Origin: Candidatus Fermentibacteraceae bacterium
GTDB lineage: Bacteria > Fermentibacterota > Fermentibacteria > Fermentibacterales > JCC-6
Assembly (NCBI GenBank): GCA_041686025.1
Contig: JAWLEP010000061.1
Span: forward strand, 1-12,049
Length of the DNA: 12,049 nt
Direction: 5' to 3'
Within the stretch, counting starts at the first letter, position 1. Each line of letters opens with the position of its first letter. The notes under the pieces are model-generated. The model searched no databases, had not been told where the DNA came from, and worked only from the letters and a program-made list of their open reading frames with translations. This document shows positions 1 through 7,774 of the stretch, one piece after another. The position numbers and the translations under genes were made by a program.

Positions 1-392
1 CCGCCGTCGGCCGTGCGGCGGATGAAGTTCAGCGGATTGCCCTTGAAGGCCCGGCAGGGGCGCATGCACACGTTGAGGTCGAAGTGCTGCCGCAGGCCGA
101 CTATGGGGCTGTAGTAGACCAGACCCCTGTCCCGCAGCTGGGGGGCCAGTTCCTCCGCCGCCCTGTCCTTGGGCTTGGACGTGATGGCGCCGAAAAGGGC
201 GATCTTGTGCTTCTCGATCAGGTCCAGCGTCCTCTGGGGAAGGGGGTTGCCCTCCTTCTTCCAGAACTCCCAGCCGATGTCCGCATGCACGTACTCCGCC
301 TCGAATCCTGCGGCCTCCAGGACTTTGAGGGCCTCGTCGAGGACGGTCTTGCCTACGCCGTCTCCCGGCATGGTCACTACAGTCCGCTTCAT
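1..392 (-). CDS. Isocitrate/isopropylmalate (beta-decarboxylating) dehydrogenase family protein, N-terminal ~130 aa; truncated by the window edge
   Basis: Not in the ORF track. Manual translation from ATG at 392: MKRTVVTMPGDGVGKTVLDEALKVL...DIGWEFWKKEGNPLPQRTLDLIEKHKIALFGAITSKPK...YYSPIVGLRQHFDLNVCMRP. It contains the family motifs PGDGxG, LFGA and LR..FDL...RP. A purine-rich RBS (AGGAAAGGTG) lies just upstream. Confidence 0.93.
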   Translation of the reverse strand, partial: MKRTVVTMPGDGVGKTVLDEALKVLEAAGFEAEYVHADIGWEFWKKEGNPLPQRTLDLIEKHKIALFGAITSKPKDRAAEELAPQLRDRGLVYYSPIVGLRQHFDLNVCMRPCRAFKGNPLNFIRRTADG

Positions 393-448
393 CCCATCAC
401 CTTTCCTGAGTGCTCCGGGTTGGAGGTTCTTCTTCCATCTCGGGCTGA

Positions 449-476
449 ATCATAAAGCCCGCAATTCGCCCGTCAA
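449..476 (-). promoter_or_regulatory. Sigma-70-type promoter for the dehydrogenase gene
   Basis: Minus strand TTGACG (476-471), 16-nt spacer, TATGAT (454-449). Both boxes are 5/6 matches to TTGACA/TATAAT and lie in the 95-bp intergenic gap in the correct orientation. Confidence 0.7.
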
Positions 477-487
477 AGCAACGGGGA

Positions 488-3400
488 TCACTCCAGCAGG
501 CCCAGGGCCGTCTCCGCGGCAGCCTGCAGCTGCCGGTCCTCGCCGCGGGCCTCCGACCCCGGCGGGTTCAGCACGCGGATGTCGGGCTCCACGCCCGTGT
601 TCTCCAGGTTGACCCCCTCCAGCGTGTACCAGCCCGACGAGGGAAGGCGGAAGCCGGTCCCGTCGAACAGCTGCACGTTGGTGGTGCCGATCACGCCGCC
701 GAAGGTGGTGTTGCCCACCACCGGCCCCAGGTCCAGCTCCTTCCACCCCGCCGGGAAGATCTCGGCGTCGGAGAAGCAGGTCTCGTCTATCAGCAGCACC
801 AGCGGCTGCCGCCAGACGTCCAGCGGCTCCCGGGTCACCCGGCCGGTTCGGTCGGTGGAGTAGGCGTAGTCGGGACGCATAAGGTGCCGCAGAAGGAAGT
901 CGTGGGTCATACCGCCCCCGTTGCCGCGGACGTCGATTATCATTGCCTCCCGGCCCTCACCCTCGGCGAACAGGTCTCGGCGGAAGCGCTGGAAGCTCTC
1001 CTCGTTCATGGACCTTACGTGCAGGTAGCCCACCCGGTGGTCCGTCATGCCATGTACCCGGGCGGTGTTCAGCCTTACCCACTCCTCGTAGAGGAGGTCG
1101 CGCATCTCCCAGCCGCCGGTGGCCTCCATCTCCAGGACCAACCGCCCGCCGTCGCGGACCACCTCCACCTCCACGTCGTCGTAGCGCCTGCCCGTAAGGG
1201 GACGGTAGAGGTTGGCGCCCGGCCCCACCGGCCGGCCCCCGATACTGAGGATCACGTCTCCGGCCAGAACCTCAGAGCCCGACAGGTAGGCAGGGGAGCC
1301 GGGGATCACGCTGTCCACCCGGATGCCCGGACCGTCGAAGCCGTCGTAGTCGGGAATCACCCCGATCTCTCCGGTGTAGGGCCAGGAGCCCTCGTACCCC
1401 GGCCCCCATATGCCCAGGTGGGAGGCGGAGAGCTCCCCCAGCATCCGCCTGACCACGTCGTTGAACTCGTTGTTCAGGACGCAGGCTCCGGCCCTCTGCC
1501 GGTACTCCTCCCGCATGGAGTCCCAGTCCACGCCGTGCATGGCGGGGTCGTAGAAGTTGTCCCGCAGAAGCCGCCAGGCCTGGTCGAACTTCATCAGCTG
1601 CCGGGTGGGAATGTGGTAGTCGTAGTCGGCCGACCAGTGCATTCCCGACGAGGAGCCGCCGGAGAGGGGCACCGACCGCAGAAAGGTACCGTGGGAGAGG
1701 AAGACGACCCTGTCCCCCGCAACCTGGATCTCCGAGGGCCTGGCGTCCGACGAGGTGAGCCGGGTAGGTCCCTCACCGTCCCAGGAAACCTTCCAGAGGT
1801 CCTGCCGGCCCTCCATGTCGTAGGCGGGAAATACCATCTCCCTGCCGTCCGGAGACAGGGCCCAGAAGTCGTAGTAGCCCATCACGTCGCAGAGGGACTC
1901 GGTTCTGCGGTGTATCCCCTCCAGCTCGACCTCCACCGTCTCCACAGTGTCGTCCAGCAGCTCCTCGCGGGTCTCCCCGTCGGCGTACCAGTCCTGCCTC
2001 CGCAGCCAGGCCTGTTGAATGGAGTAGCGGCCGTCGTCGGTGCGGCTGGCCCAGAGCAGCCTGCGGCCCTCCGGGGTCCAGACCGGCTGGAAGTCGTCGT
2101 TGGGATGGAGGCTGACGTTCACCGGCTCTCCGCCGGCGGAGGGAACCACGTAGATCTCCTCGCGGTGGGCCAGCACGGTGACGCTGAAGGCCAGCCAGCG
2201 GCCGTCCGGGGACCAGGAGTGATGCAGCACGTCCATCCGGCCGCAGACGCGCCAGTCCCTTCCGGTCTGCAGGTCGTGGACGCGGAGGTATCCCTCTCCG
2301 TCGGTGTAGGAAAATCTGTTGCCGTCGGGCGACCAGCGGGGCCTCTTCACCACCCGCGCCGTGCCCTCCACAACCCGCTCGTCGAGGTCTCCGGGCGGGA
2401 AGATGCTGTCCCCGGACCCGGGGGCCGCGATCACGGCCCGGACCTCCCCCCCGCCCTCCCGGGTCAGAAGGAGCCGGTCGCCCCGGGGCGAGAAACGGGG
2501 CGAATCCTCGATCTCGGGCGTATCGGTGAGCCGCTCCTCGTCCTCCGGCGACATGTCCTCCAGGCGGCATGCGAATGCCTCCCCGTCGGTTACCATGGCC
2601 ATGGCGGTCCCGTCGGGGGATATGTGGTACCGGTCGGTGGTGCCTCCGCTGACCTGGTAGACCCGCAGCGGGAAGGGCACGTCGACGGCGGCGGCCAGGT
2701 CCAGCCGCCTCGGCTCGCCCCCGTCCCGCATCAGCCACAGGCCGCCTTCGCGCTCGAAGGCGATGGCCGAGCCGTCGGCGCTCATGCAGGGGAAGGTGAT
2801 GCGCTCCCCCTGGGAGCGGGTGATCCTGCCGTCCTCCCCCTCCGGTTCCAGCTCCCGGAGGTCCATGGTGCCTTCGCCGTCGTCCATGGCGTAGACCAGC
2901 CGGCCGTCGGGGCGCGGCATGGGCCATCTCTCGTCGGTTGGTCCCCCCGCCAGCCTGCTCCAGCGGCCCGGCTCCTCCAGCCTCCATATGTCGCTGGAGC
3001 CTGAGCCGCTGTACCCGGCACGCCACCAGTTGGTCACGCCCATGCTGACCACGGGCCTCCCCCCCTGGAAGCACAGGCTCTGCGCGGGCACCGGATAGGC
3101 CAGCCGGGGAGTGCCACCCTCCAGCGACACCCGGTAGACCCAGCCGTCACCGCCCTCGCGGGAGGATGAGAAGAGCACGCTGTCCGACCCCGGGGTCCAG
3201 GCCAGGACCCGGTCCATCTCCCCGTGCCACGTCAGCCTGCGGGCCTCTCCCCCCTGCGCCGGCATCACGTAGACGTCACCGCCTCCGCTTCGCAGACTGG
3301 TGAAGGCCAGATAGCGCCCATCCGGGGAGGGAGTGGGATGCAGGTCGGCGTCCCGGCCGGGGGTGAGGCAGCGTATGGGTCCGTCGGCGTCCGTTATCCA

Positions 3401-3529
3401 GATGTCTCCGCGCCACGCGAAGTAGAGACTGTCGCCGGCCGGGGAGAGAGCCGGGGTCCTGGGGTCTGTGAGGTCACCCGGAGCAAGGGCGAGAGTGGCC
3501 GAAACGATGAAGGCGATCAGGGATGACAT
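488..3529 (-). CDS. Tricorn-like S41 family protease (beta-propeller PD40 repeats, PDZ, S41 catalytic domain), with signal peptide
   Basis: 1013 aa. Hydrophobic N-terminus MSSLIAFIVSATLALA; many SPDG/WSPDG propeller repeats; FDQAWRLLRDNFYDP and ELSASH (catalytic His context); PDZ-like segment VDSVIPGSPA...GDVILSIGG; IIDVRGNGGG and SDAEIF (catalytic Ser); GVEPDI near the C-terminus. Confidence 0.95.
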   Translation of the reverse strand: MSSLIAFIVSATLALAPGDLTDPRTPALSPAGDSLYFAWRGDIWITDADGPIRCLTPGRDADLHPTPSPDGRYLAFTSLRSGGGDVYVMPAQGGEARRLTWHGEMDRVLAWTPGSDSVLFSSSREGGDGWVYRVSLEGGTPRLAYPVPAQSLCFQGGRPVVSMGVTNWWRAGYSGSGSSDIWRLEEPGRWSRLAGGPTDERWPMPRPDGRLVYAMDDGEGTMDLRELEPEGEDGRITRSQGERITFPCMSADGSAIAFEREGGLWLMRDGGEPRRLDLAAAVDVPFPLRVYQVSGGTTDRYHISPDGTAMAMVTDGEAFACRLEDMSPEDEERLTDTPEIEDSPRFSPRGDRLLLTREGGGEVRAVIAAPGSGDSIFPPGDLDERVVEGTARVVKRPRWSPDGNRFSYTDGEGYLRVHDLQTGRDWRVCGRMDVLHHSWSPDGRWLAFSVTVLAHREEIYVVPSAGGEPVNVSLHPNDDFQPVWTPEGRRLLWASRTDDGRYSIQQAWLRRQDWYADGETREELLDDTVETVEVELEGIHRRTESLCDVMGYYDFWALSPDGREMVFPAYDMEGRQDLWKVSWDGEGPTRLTSSDARPSEIQVAGDRVVFLSHGTFLRSVPLSGGSSSGMHWSADYDYHIPTRQLMKFDQAWRLLRDNFYDPAMHGVDWDSMREEYRQRAGACVLNNEFNDVVRRMLGELSASHLGIWGPGYEGSWPYTGEIGVIPDYDGFDGPGIRVDSVIPGSPAYLSGSEVLAGDVILSIGGRPVGPGANLYRPLTGRRYDDVEVEVVRDGGRLVLEMEATGGWEMRDLLYEEWVRLNTARVHGMTDHRVGYLHVRSMNEESFQRFRRDLFAEGEGREAMIIDVRGNGGGMTHDFLLRHLMRPDYAYSTDRTGRVTREPLDVWRQPLVLLIDETCFSDAEIFPAGWKELDLGPVVGNTTFGGVIGTTNVQLFDGTGFRLPSSGWYTLEGVNLENTGVEPDIRVLNPPGSEARGEDRQLQAAAETALGLLE

Positions 3530-3575
3530 CCGGAGTCCACCTTTCGAGGTTCGGTGAGATCTGCTGCAACGCCGT

Positions 3576-4334
3576 TCAGACCACGTCGCCGCCCCGGGCC
3601 AGAAGCAGCAGCCGCGGGGAGTCCTGCTCCCAGGGGGAGCGGTGGTAGTCGCCCCACATCTCCAGGGGCTCCAGCCCGGCCTCTACCACCTCCTCCAGCA
3701 CCTGATCGGCGCTGAGACGGGCCAGCCGCAGCTCCAGGAAGCTCCCGCTGCCGTCGGGCCAGCTGTATCGCATCCCGAAGACCACCTGGTCGCTCTCCAG
3801 GTCCTGGCTGACGTCCTCCACCAGCCGGGCCCCGCCGGATGCCGTACGGTCGTAGCGGACGGCGTTCCTCTCCTCGGGCCTGGCTGCAAGGAACGGCGAG
3901 ACCTCCATGCAGTACAGGCCCTCCCCGGCCAGCATCCGTGCCGACTCGCGCAGGGCCTGCAGCCTGGCCGCGCGGTCCAGTATGCAGTGATAGCCGTTGT
4001 ATGGAAAGACCACAAGATCGAAGATCCGGCGGCGGAACGGCGCCTCCTCCGCCAGTGCGCGCACGCCGCCCAGCGCGTCGCGGCGGGCCCTTTCAGACCA
4101 CAGCCGCAGCATCTCCGCGGATGGCTCCAGGGCCACCAGGGGGCCCCGACGGGCCAGTACCGGCGCCAGCCTGCCGTGGCCGGCGCCAAGCTCCAGGCAG
4201 GGCCCAGGCCGCTGCATCCTCAGGTTGGCCCAGAATGATTCCTCGGCGCGGTCCCTGGGGTAGACGTCGTCCTCCTCGTGGGCGAAGAAGGGCGCGTAGC
4301 CGTCCCAGAGCCCCCTGTCGAAGCCGCTAGCCAC
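3576..4334 (-). CDS. Class I SAM-dependent methyltransferase
   Basis: 252 aa, GTG start overlapping the upstream stop by 8 nt. Motif I LELGAGHGRL, acidic post-beta2 LEPSAEML, FDLVVFPYN, and C-terminal WGDY typical of this family. Confidence 0.88.
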   Translation of the reverse strand: MASGFDRGLWDGYAPFFAHEEDDVYPRDRAEESFWANLRMQRPGPCLELGAGHGRLAPVLARRGPLVALEPSAEMLRLWSERARRDALGGVRALAEEAPFRRRIFDLVVFPYNGYHCILDRAARLQALRESARMLAGEGLYCMEVSPFLAARPEERNAVRYDRTASGGARLVEDVSQDLESDQVVFGMRYSWPDGSGSFLELRLARLSADQVLEEVVEAGLEPLEMWGDYHRSPWEQDSPRLLLLARGGDVV

Positions 4335-4746
4335 CGTCCACGGCCTCCAGCCTCCATCCCGCCCTCATCAGGGCGGCGGCGGCCACTCCCGGCGCGCCTG
4401 GACCCTCCCGCAACGCGCACGAGGGGCTGCGCTCCTTGAGGAAGATCGTACCGGGCCGGTACAGGGCCGCTATCTGAAGGGATCTGCGGGCACCCAGCAG
4501 GAACTCCCCGGTGACGTCACCGGGACGGTCGCGCAGCAGGACTGCGGCCCTTCCGTCCAGGACGTCGAAACCGTCGCCTCCGGAGATCTCCGCCGGCTCC
4601 CGCGGTGTGGGCAGCAGCCCCAGCTGCTCGGGACAGAACGGAAGGCACTCCCCCCGTCCCAGCATCTCCGAGAATCCTGCAGCCGGCTTCGAGCCGCCGT
4701 CGTAGCGGCAGCGGATGCCGCAGAGGCAGGCGCTCACCAGTATCAA
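4327..4746 (-). CDS. DUF523 / 2-thiouracil desulfidase (TudS)-like Fe-S protein
   Basis: 139 aa, TTG start. Family motifs ILVSACLxGxxCRYDG, CPEQLG..TPREPAEI, DVTxEFLxGA and LKERSPSC are all present. Confidence 0.9.
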   Translation of the reverse strand: MILVSACLCGIRCRYDGGSKPAAGFSEMLGRGECLPFCPEQLGLLPTPREPAEISGGDGFDVLDGRAAVLLRDRPGDVTGEFLLGARRSLQIAALYRPGTIFLKERSPSCALREGPGAPGVAAAALMRAGWRLEAVDGG

Positions 4747-4755
4747 AGCCGCTTC

Positions 4756-5664
4756 CTAGAATATGGACTGATCGGGGCCGGCACGGATGATGAAGTCCTC
4801 GGGGTCGATCTGCACGCCGTTTCGCAGCACCTCGTAGTGCAGGTGAGGGCCCACGGACCTTCCGGTGGAGCCCACACGGCCGATCAGGTCGCCCCGCTGG
4901 ACCTTCTGGCCCACCGCCACCTCCACCGCCGAGCAGTGGGCGTAGCGGGTGGAGAGGTCCTCGTTGTGGCGGACCACGATGTTCAGGCCCCATCCGCCGG
5001 TCCAGCCGCAGAAGACCACCGTCCCGTCCGCCGGGGCGTAGATGGGGGTTCCGGCGTTGTTGGCTATGTCGACGCCCTTGTGGTATCGGACCGCACCGGT
5101 GAAGGGGTCCACCCTGGGGCCGAAGTCGCTTATGAAGATGCCCCGGACGGGCCAGATGGAGGGCGTGCGCGCCAGACGGCCGCTGACCTCCACGAAATGG
5201 CTGGCCAGGGAGTCGTAGGCCTGCAGCTCCGCTTCGGCCAGCCTCTCGGCCAGGAGTATCTTCAGCTCTATGTCGTCTATGTACTGGAAGAGGTCCCGGT
5301 CCGCCGGCGGGCTCTCGGGCATCTGGCCGGACTCCATGAGCCCGGAGAAGTCCATGTTGAGACCGGCTCCAGCCACCAGAATCCTCTCCTCGCGCTCGGC
5401 TATCTCCTCCAGGCGCCCTGCGAGGTTGTCCACCCTGCCCTCCAGCTGGATCAGCTCTCCCCGCACCGCCCTTCGGTCGGCGCCGCTGCGGGTCGGGCCC
5501 CTGTCCCGCTCCACCATCCTGCCGAACAGGAAGGCGGCCGCCAGCAGCATGCTGAGAAGGAGGGCCGCGACGAGGCCCGTAACCTGCAGGCCCCGCCGCG
5601 TGAGTATGATCGGTCTGCCCCTGCCGGGGTGCCGGGGTATCCAGTGGAGAGTGCCCAGGGGCAT
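4756..5664 (-). CDS. Membrane-anchored M23 family metallopeptidase (peptidoglycan endopeptidase)
   Basis: 302 aa. N-terminal TM helix (GLVAALLLSMLLAAAFLFG), coiled-coil region, PSIWPV, and intact Zn ligands HKGVD (HxxxD) and GPHLHYEV (HxH). Confidence 0.93.
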   Translation of the reverse strand: MPLGTLHWIPRHPGRGRPIILTRRGLQVTGLVAALLLSMLLAAAFLFGRMVERDRGPTRSGADRRAVRGELIQLEGRVDNLAGRLEEIAEREERILVAGAGLNMDFSGLMESGQMPESPPADRDLFQYIDDIELKILLAERLAEAELQAYDSLASHFVEVSGRLARTPSIWPVRGIFISDFGPRVDPFTGAVRYHKGVDIANNAGTPIYAPADGTVVFCGWTGGWGLNIVVRHNEDLSTRYAHCSAVEVAVGQKVQRGDLIGRVGSTGRSVGPHLHYEVLRNGVQIDPEDFIIRAGPDQSIF

Positions 5665-5673
5665 GTGAGTCTG

Positions 5674-6516
5674 CTACCTCAGGTAGAGCAGTAGCTGCTT
5701 GCTGTCGGCGTTCTCGTAGAGCTTGGCGATGGCGCGGTTCTTCAGCTGCCGGACCCTCTCGCGGCTGATCCCCATGGTCCGGCCGATCTCCGCCAGGGTG
5801 TGCCGGCGGTCGGTGTTGATGCCGAAGAATAGCTGGATGATGGTCTTCTCCCGGTGGTCCAGGATCTGCATCATCCCCTCCACGCTTCTCTTCATCGCCT
5901 CCTCCACCACGGCCTCGTCGGGAGCCTCGCCGTCCTCGGGCGAGATCATCTCCTGGAAGGTCTTGTCGCTTCCCTCGTAGACCGGGCTGTCCAGGGAGAG
6001 ATGGGTGCTGTGGATGGACATCATGCCCTCCACCTCGCCGCGGGAGACGTCCAGCTCCTCGGCGATCTCGTCGGTGGTGGGATCGCGGCCCAGGCTGTGG
6101 CCCAGCTCCCGGGTAGCGCGGCCCATCTTGTACAGCTCGCCCACCCTGTTCAGGGGGAGCCTGACTATCCTGGACTGCTCGGCGAGGGCCTGGAGTATGG
6201 CCTGGCGGATCCACCACACCGCGTAGGTGATGAACCTGCAGCCCTTGGTCTCATCGAAGCCCTTGGCGGCCCTGATGAGGCCCACGTTGCCCTCGTTGAT
6301 GAGGTCCTCCAGGGAGACTCCCTGGTTGGCGTACTGCTTGGCGATGCTGACCACAAATCGGAGGTTGGCCTCCGTGAGCTCGTTCAGGGCCGCCTGCTCC
6401 TCGTTGCGGATCCTGCGCGCCAGCTCGGCCTCCTCGGCCGACGTCAGGGTCTCCTTGGAGCCGATCTCCCTGAGGTAGAGCTCAAGAGAGCGTCCCTCTG
6501 TTCTTCTTGTTGCCAA
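5674..6516 (-). CDS. RNA polymerase sigma-70 factor, RpoD/SigA family, lacking region 1.1 (FCB-group type)
   Basis: 280 aa, TTG start. Region 1.2 LELYLREIG; region 2 ANLRFVVSIAKQY, DLINEGNVGLIRAA, TYAVWWIRQAI; ILQALAEQSRIVRLPLN as in Bacteroidota/FCB sigmas; region 4.2 TLAEIG...SRERVRQ. Confidence 0.95.
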   Translation of the reverse strand: MATRRTEGRSLELYLREIGSKETLTSAEEAELARRIRNEEQAALNELTEANLRFVVSIAKQYANQGVSLEDLINEGNVGLIRAAKGFDETKGCRFITYAVWWIRQAILQALAEQSRIVRLPLNRVGELYKMGRATRELGHSLGRDPTTDEIAEELDVSRGEVEGMMSIHSTHLSLDSPVYEGSDKTFQEMISPEDGEAPDEAVVEEAMKRSVEGMMQILDHREKTIIQLFFGINTDRRHTLAEIGRTMGISRERVRQLKNRAIAKLYENADSKQLLLYLR

Positions 6517-6644
6517 TGTACCTGCCCTTCCCGAAAAAGATGCAGCTATTCCCGGATTCCGAAGGTTTCAACTATATAGAGCGACCCTTTCCCAGAAGTT
6601 CCCGCGGGATGCATTCAGGCGATGATTGCGACGAATAAGCGACT

Positions 6645-6672
6645 ATGCTAACAGATAGACGGCAGAAGTCAA
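6645..6672 (-). promoter_or_regulatory. Proximal promoter (P1) of the sigma factor operon, with extended -10
   Basis: Minus strand TTGACT (6672-6667), 16-nt spacer, TAGCAT (6650-6645), preceded by TGt (TGn extended -10). Confidence 0.6.
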
Positions 6673-6691
6673 GCCGCGGGCCCACGACTTC

Positions 6692-6720
6692 ATTTTCTGC
6701 CGCTGAGGGCGGCCTGTCAA
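6692..6720 (-). promoter_or_regulatory. Possible distal promoter (P2) of the sigma factor operon
   Basis: Minus strand perfect TTGACA (6720-6715), 17-nt spacer, GAAAAT (6697-6692; 4/6 match, lacks the first T). Confidence 0.4.
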
Positions 6721-6765
6721 GGGTTGACAGACGTATCTCATGGTCTCTGTACGGCATCTGCGTTG

Positions 6766-6794
6766 TTGATGGAGGGGTGAGATCCCCGTAGAAT
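6766..6794 (+). promoter_or_regulatory. Sigma-70-type promoter for the methyltransferase-NTase-like-gmhA unit
   Basis: TTGATG (6766-6771), 17-nt spacer, TAGAAT (6789-6794), about 40 nt upstream of the ATG at 6836. Confidence 0.6.
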
Positions 6795-6835
6795 AGGCGA
6801 CTGGAAGCCACCACGTCGGGAAGCGGGGTTATGCC

Positions 6836-7774
6836 ATGGGCTGGGAGAGCCTGGAGCGGGAGACGGTCCGCTGCGCCCTCTGCGGCGCCGACGACCCGCG
6901 GCCGCTGCGGGTATGCAGGGGCTGGCCCGTGGTGAAATGCCGCCGCTGCGGACTCGTCTACCTGCGGCAGCGGCCGGCCGAGAGCGCCCTGCTTCGGCTG
7001 TACGGCCGTGACTACTACGAGGCAGAGGACGACGTGGGATACCGCGGCTACATGGAGACCTACCACCGCTACCGTGACGTCTTCGAGAGGATATTCCAGC
7101 GCCGGGACCGCGACCTGAGACGGCACACCAAGGGCAACAGGCTGCTGGAGGTGGGCTGCGCCTACGGGACGCTGCTGGCCTTTCTGAGGGACAGGGGCTG
7201 GGAGGTGACGGGGGTGGAAGTGAGCCCCCTCTCCTCGGAGCGGGCAAGGAGTGAGATGGGCCTGGACGTCCGGACCGGGCGGCTGGAGGAGGCGGCCTTC
7301 GAAGACGGCAGCTTCGACGTGGTCCTCATGCTGGACGTACTGGAGCATCTGCATCGCCCCTTCGACACCCTGCGGGAGGTCTCGCGGGTGCTGGCCCCCG
7401 GCGGCACGCTGGTGGTCCAGTGCCCCTACGAGCTCTACCACTGGGAGGAGGTGGCGGAGGCCGTCCTCCGGGGGAGGAAGGCGGGAACCATCGAGCCGGA
7501 CTCCGTTCCCGCGCACCTCTACTTCTTCGTACCCCGGACCCTGGAGGCCTTTCTGCGCAAGGGAGGCTTCAGGATCAAGGCGCGGCAGTCGGGCAACTAC
7601 GGCGAGATAAGGCGCCGGGTGTCCCCCCCGCCCATACTCAGGGGAAGCCCCGCCGAGGTCCTCTTCCGTCTGGTCTACTACAGGCTGGGGCTCCAGCGGC
7701 TGCTCTACGCCGTGGCCCGCCGGCTGGGCCAGGGCAGCGGCCTGATCCGCTACGCGACCCCCCGCCGTCGATGA
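6836..7774 (+). CDS. Class I SAM-dependent methyltransferase with N-terminal CxxC...CxxC zinc ribbon (type often found in glycan loci)
   Basis: 312 aa. CALC...CRRCGLVY; LLEVGCAYG (motif I); GVEVS; FDVVLMLDVLEHL; LAPGGTL; HLYFF. Confidence 0.92.
   Translation: MGWESLERETVRCALCGADDPRPLRVCRGWPVVKCRRCGLVYLRQRPAESALLRLYGRDYYEAEDDVGYRGYMETYHRYRDVFERIFQRRDRDLRRHTKGNRLLEVGCAYGTLLAFLRDRGWEVTGVEVSPLSSERARSEMGLDVRTGRLEEAAFEDGSFDVVLMLDVLEHLHRPFDTLREVSRVLAPGGTLVVQCPYELYHWEEVAEAVLRGRKAGTIEPDSVPAHLYFFVPRTLEAFLRKGGFRIKARQSGNYGEIRRRVSPPPILRGSPAEVLFRLVYYRLGLQRLLYAVARRLGQGSGLIRYATPRRR

Noticed and set aside
84..612. Plus-strand ORFs 84..455 and 169..612
   Set aside because: They are antisense to the clearly recognisable dehydrogenase gene.
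884..3074. Long ORFs 884..3004 (+) and 1773..3074 (-)
   Set aside because: These are antisense or off-frame shadows of the tricorn-like protease, typical of high-GC DNA, with no recognisable motifs.
1800..3450. Repeated SPDG/WSPDG-coding segments as DNA repeats
   Set aside because: They are explained by the protein beta-propeller repeats of the protease and are not an independent repeat element.
3539..3550. ACCT-TTCG-AGGT mini-hairpin at the protease RBS
   Set aside because: It has only 4 bp and is too weak to distinguish from chance.
4517..6217. 566-aa minus-strand ORF
   Set aside because: It is an off-frame overlap of the sigma, M23 and DUF523 genes with R/G/P-rich composition.
6571..6576. 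TATAGT -10-like box near the sigma start (minus strand)
   Set aside because: It has no matching -35 or TGn extension, so it is not called as a promoter, though it cannot be excluded.
6572..7516. 314-aa minus-strand ORF crossing the divergent promoter region
   Set aside because: It is the antisense shadow of the methyltransferase and has no family motifs.
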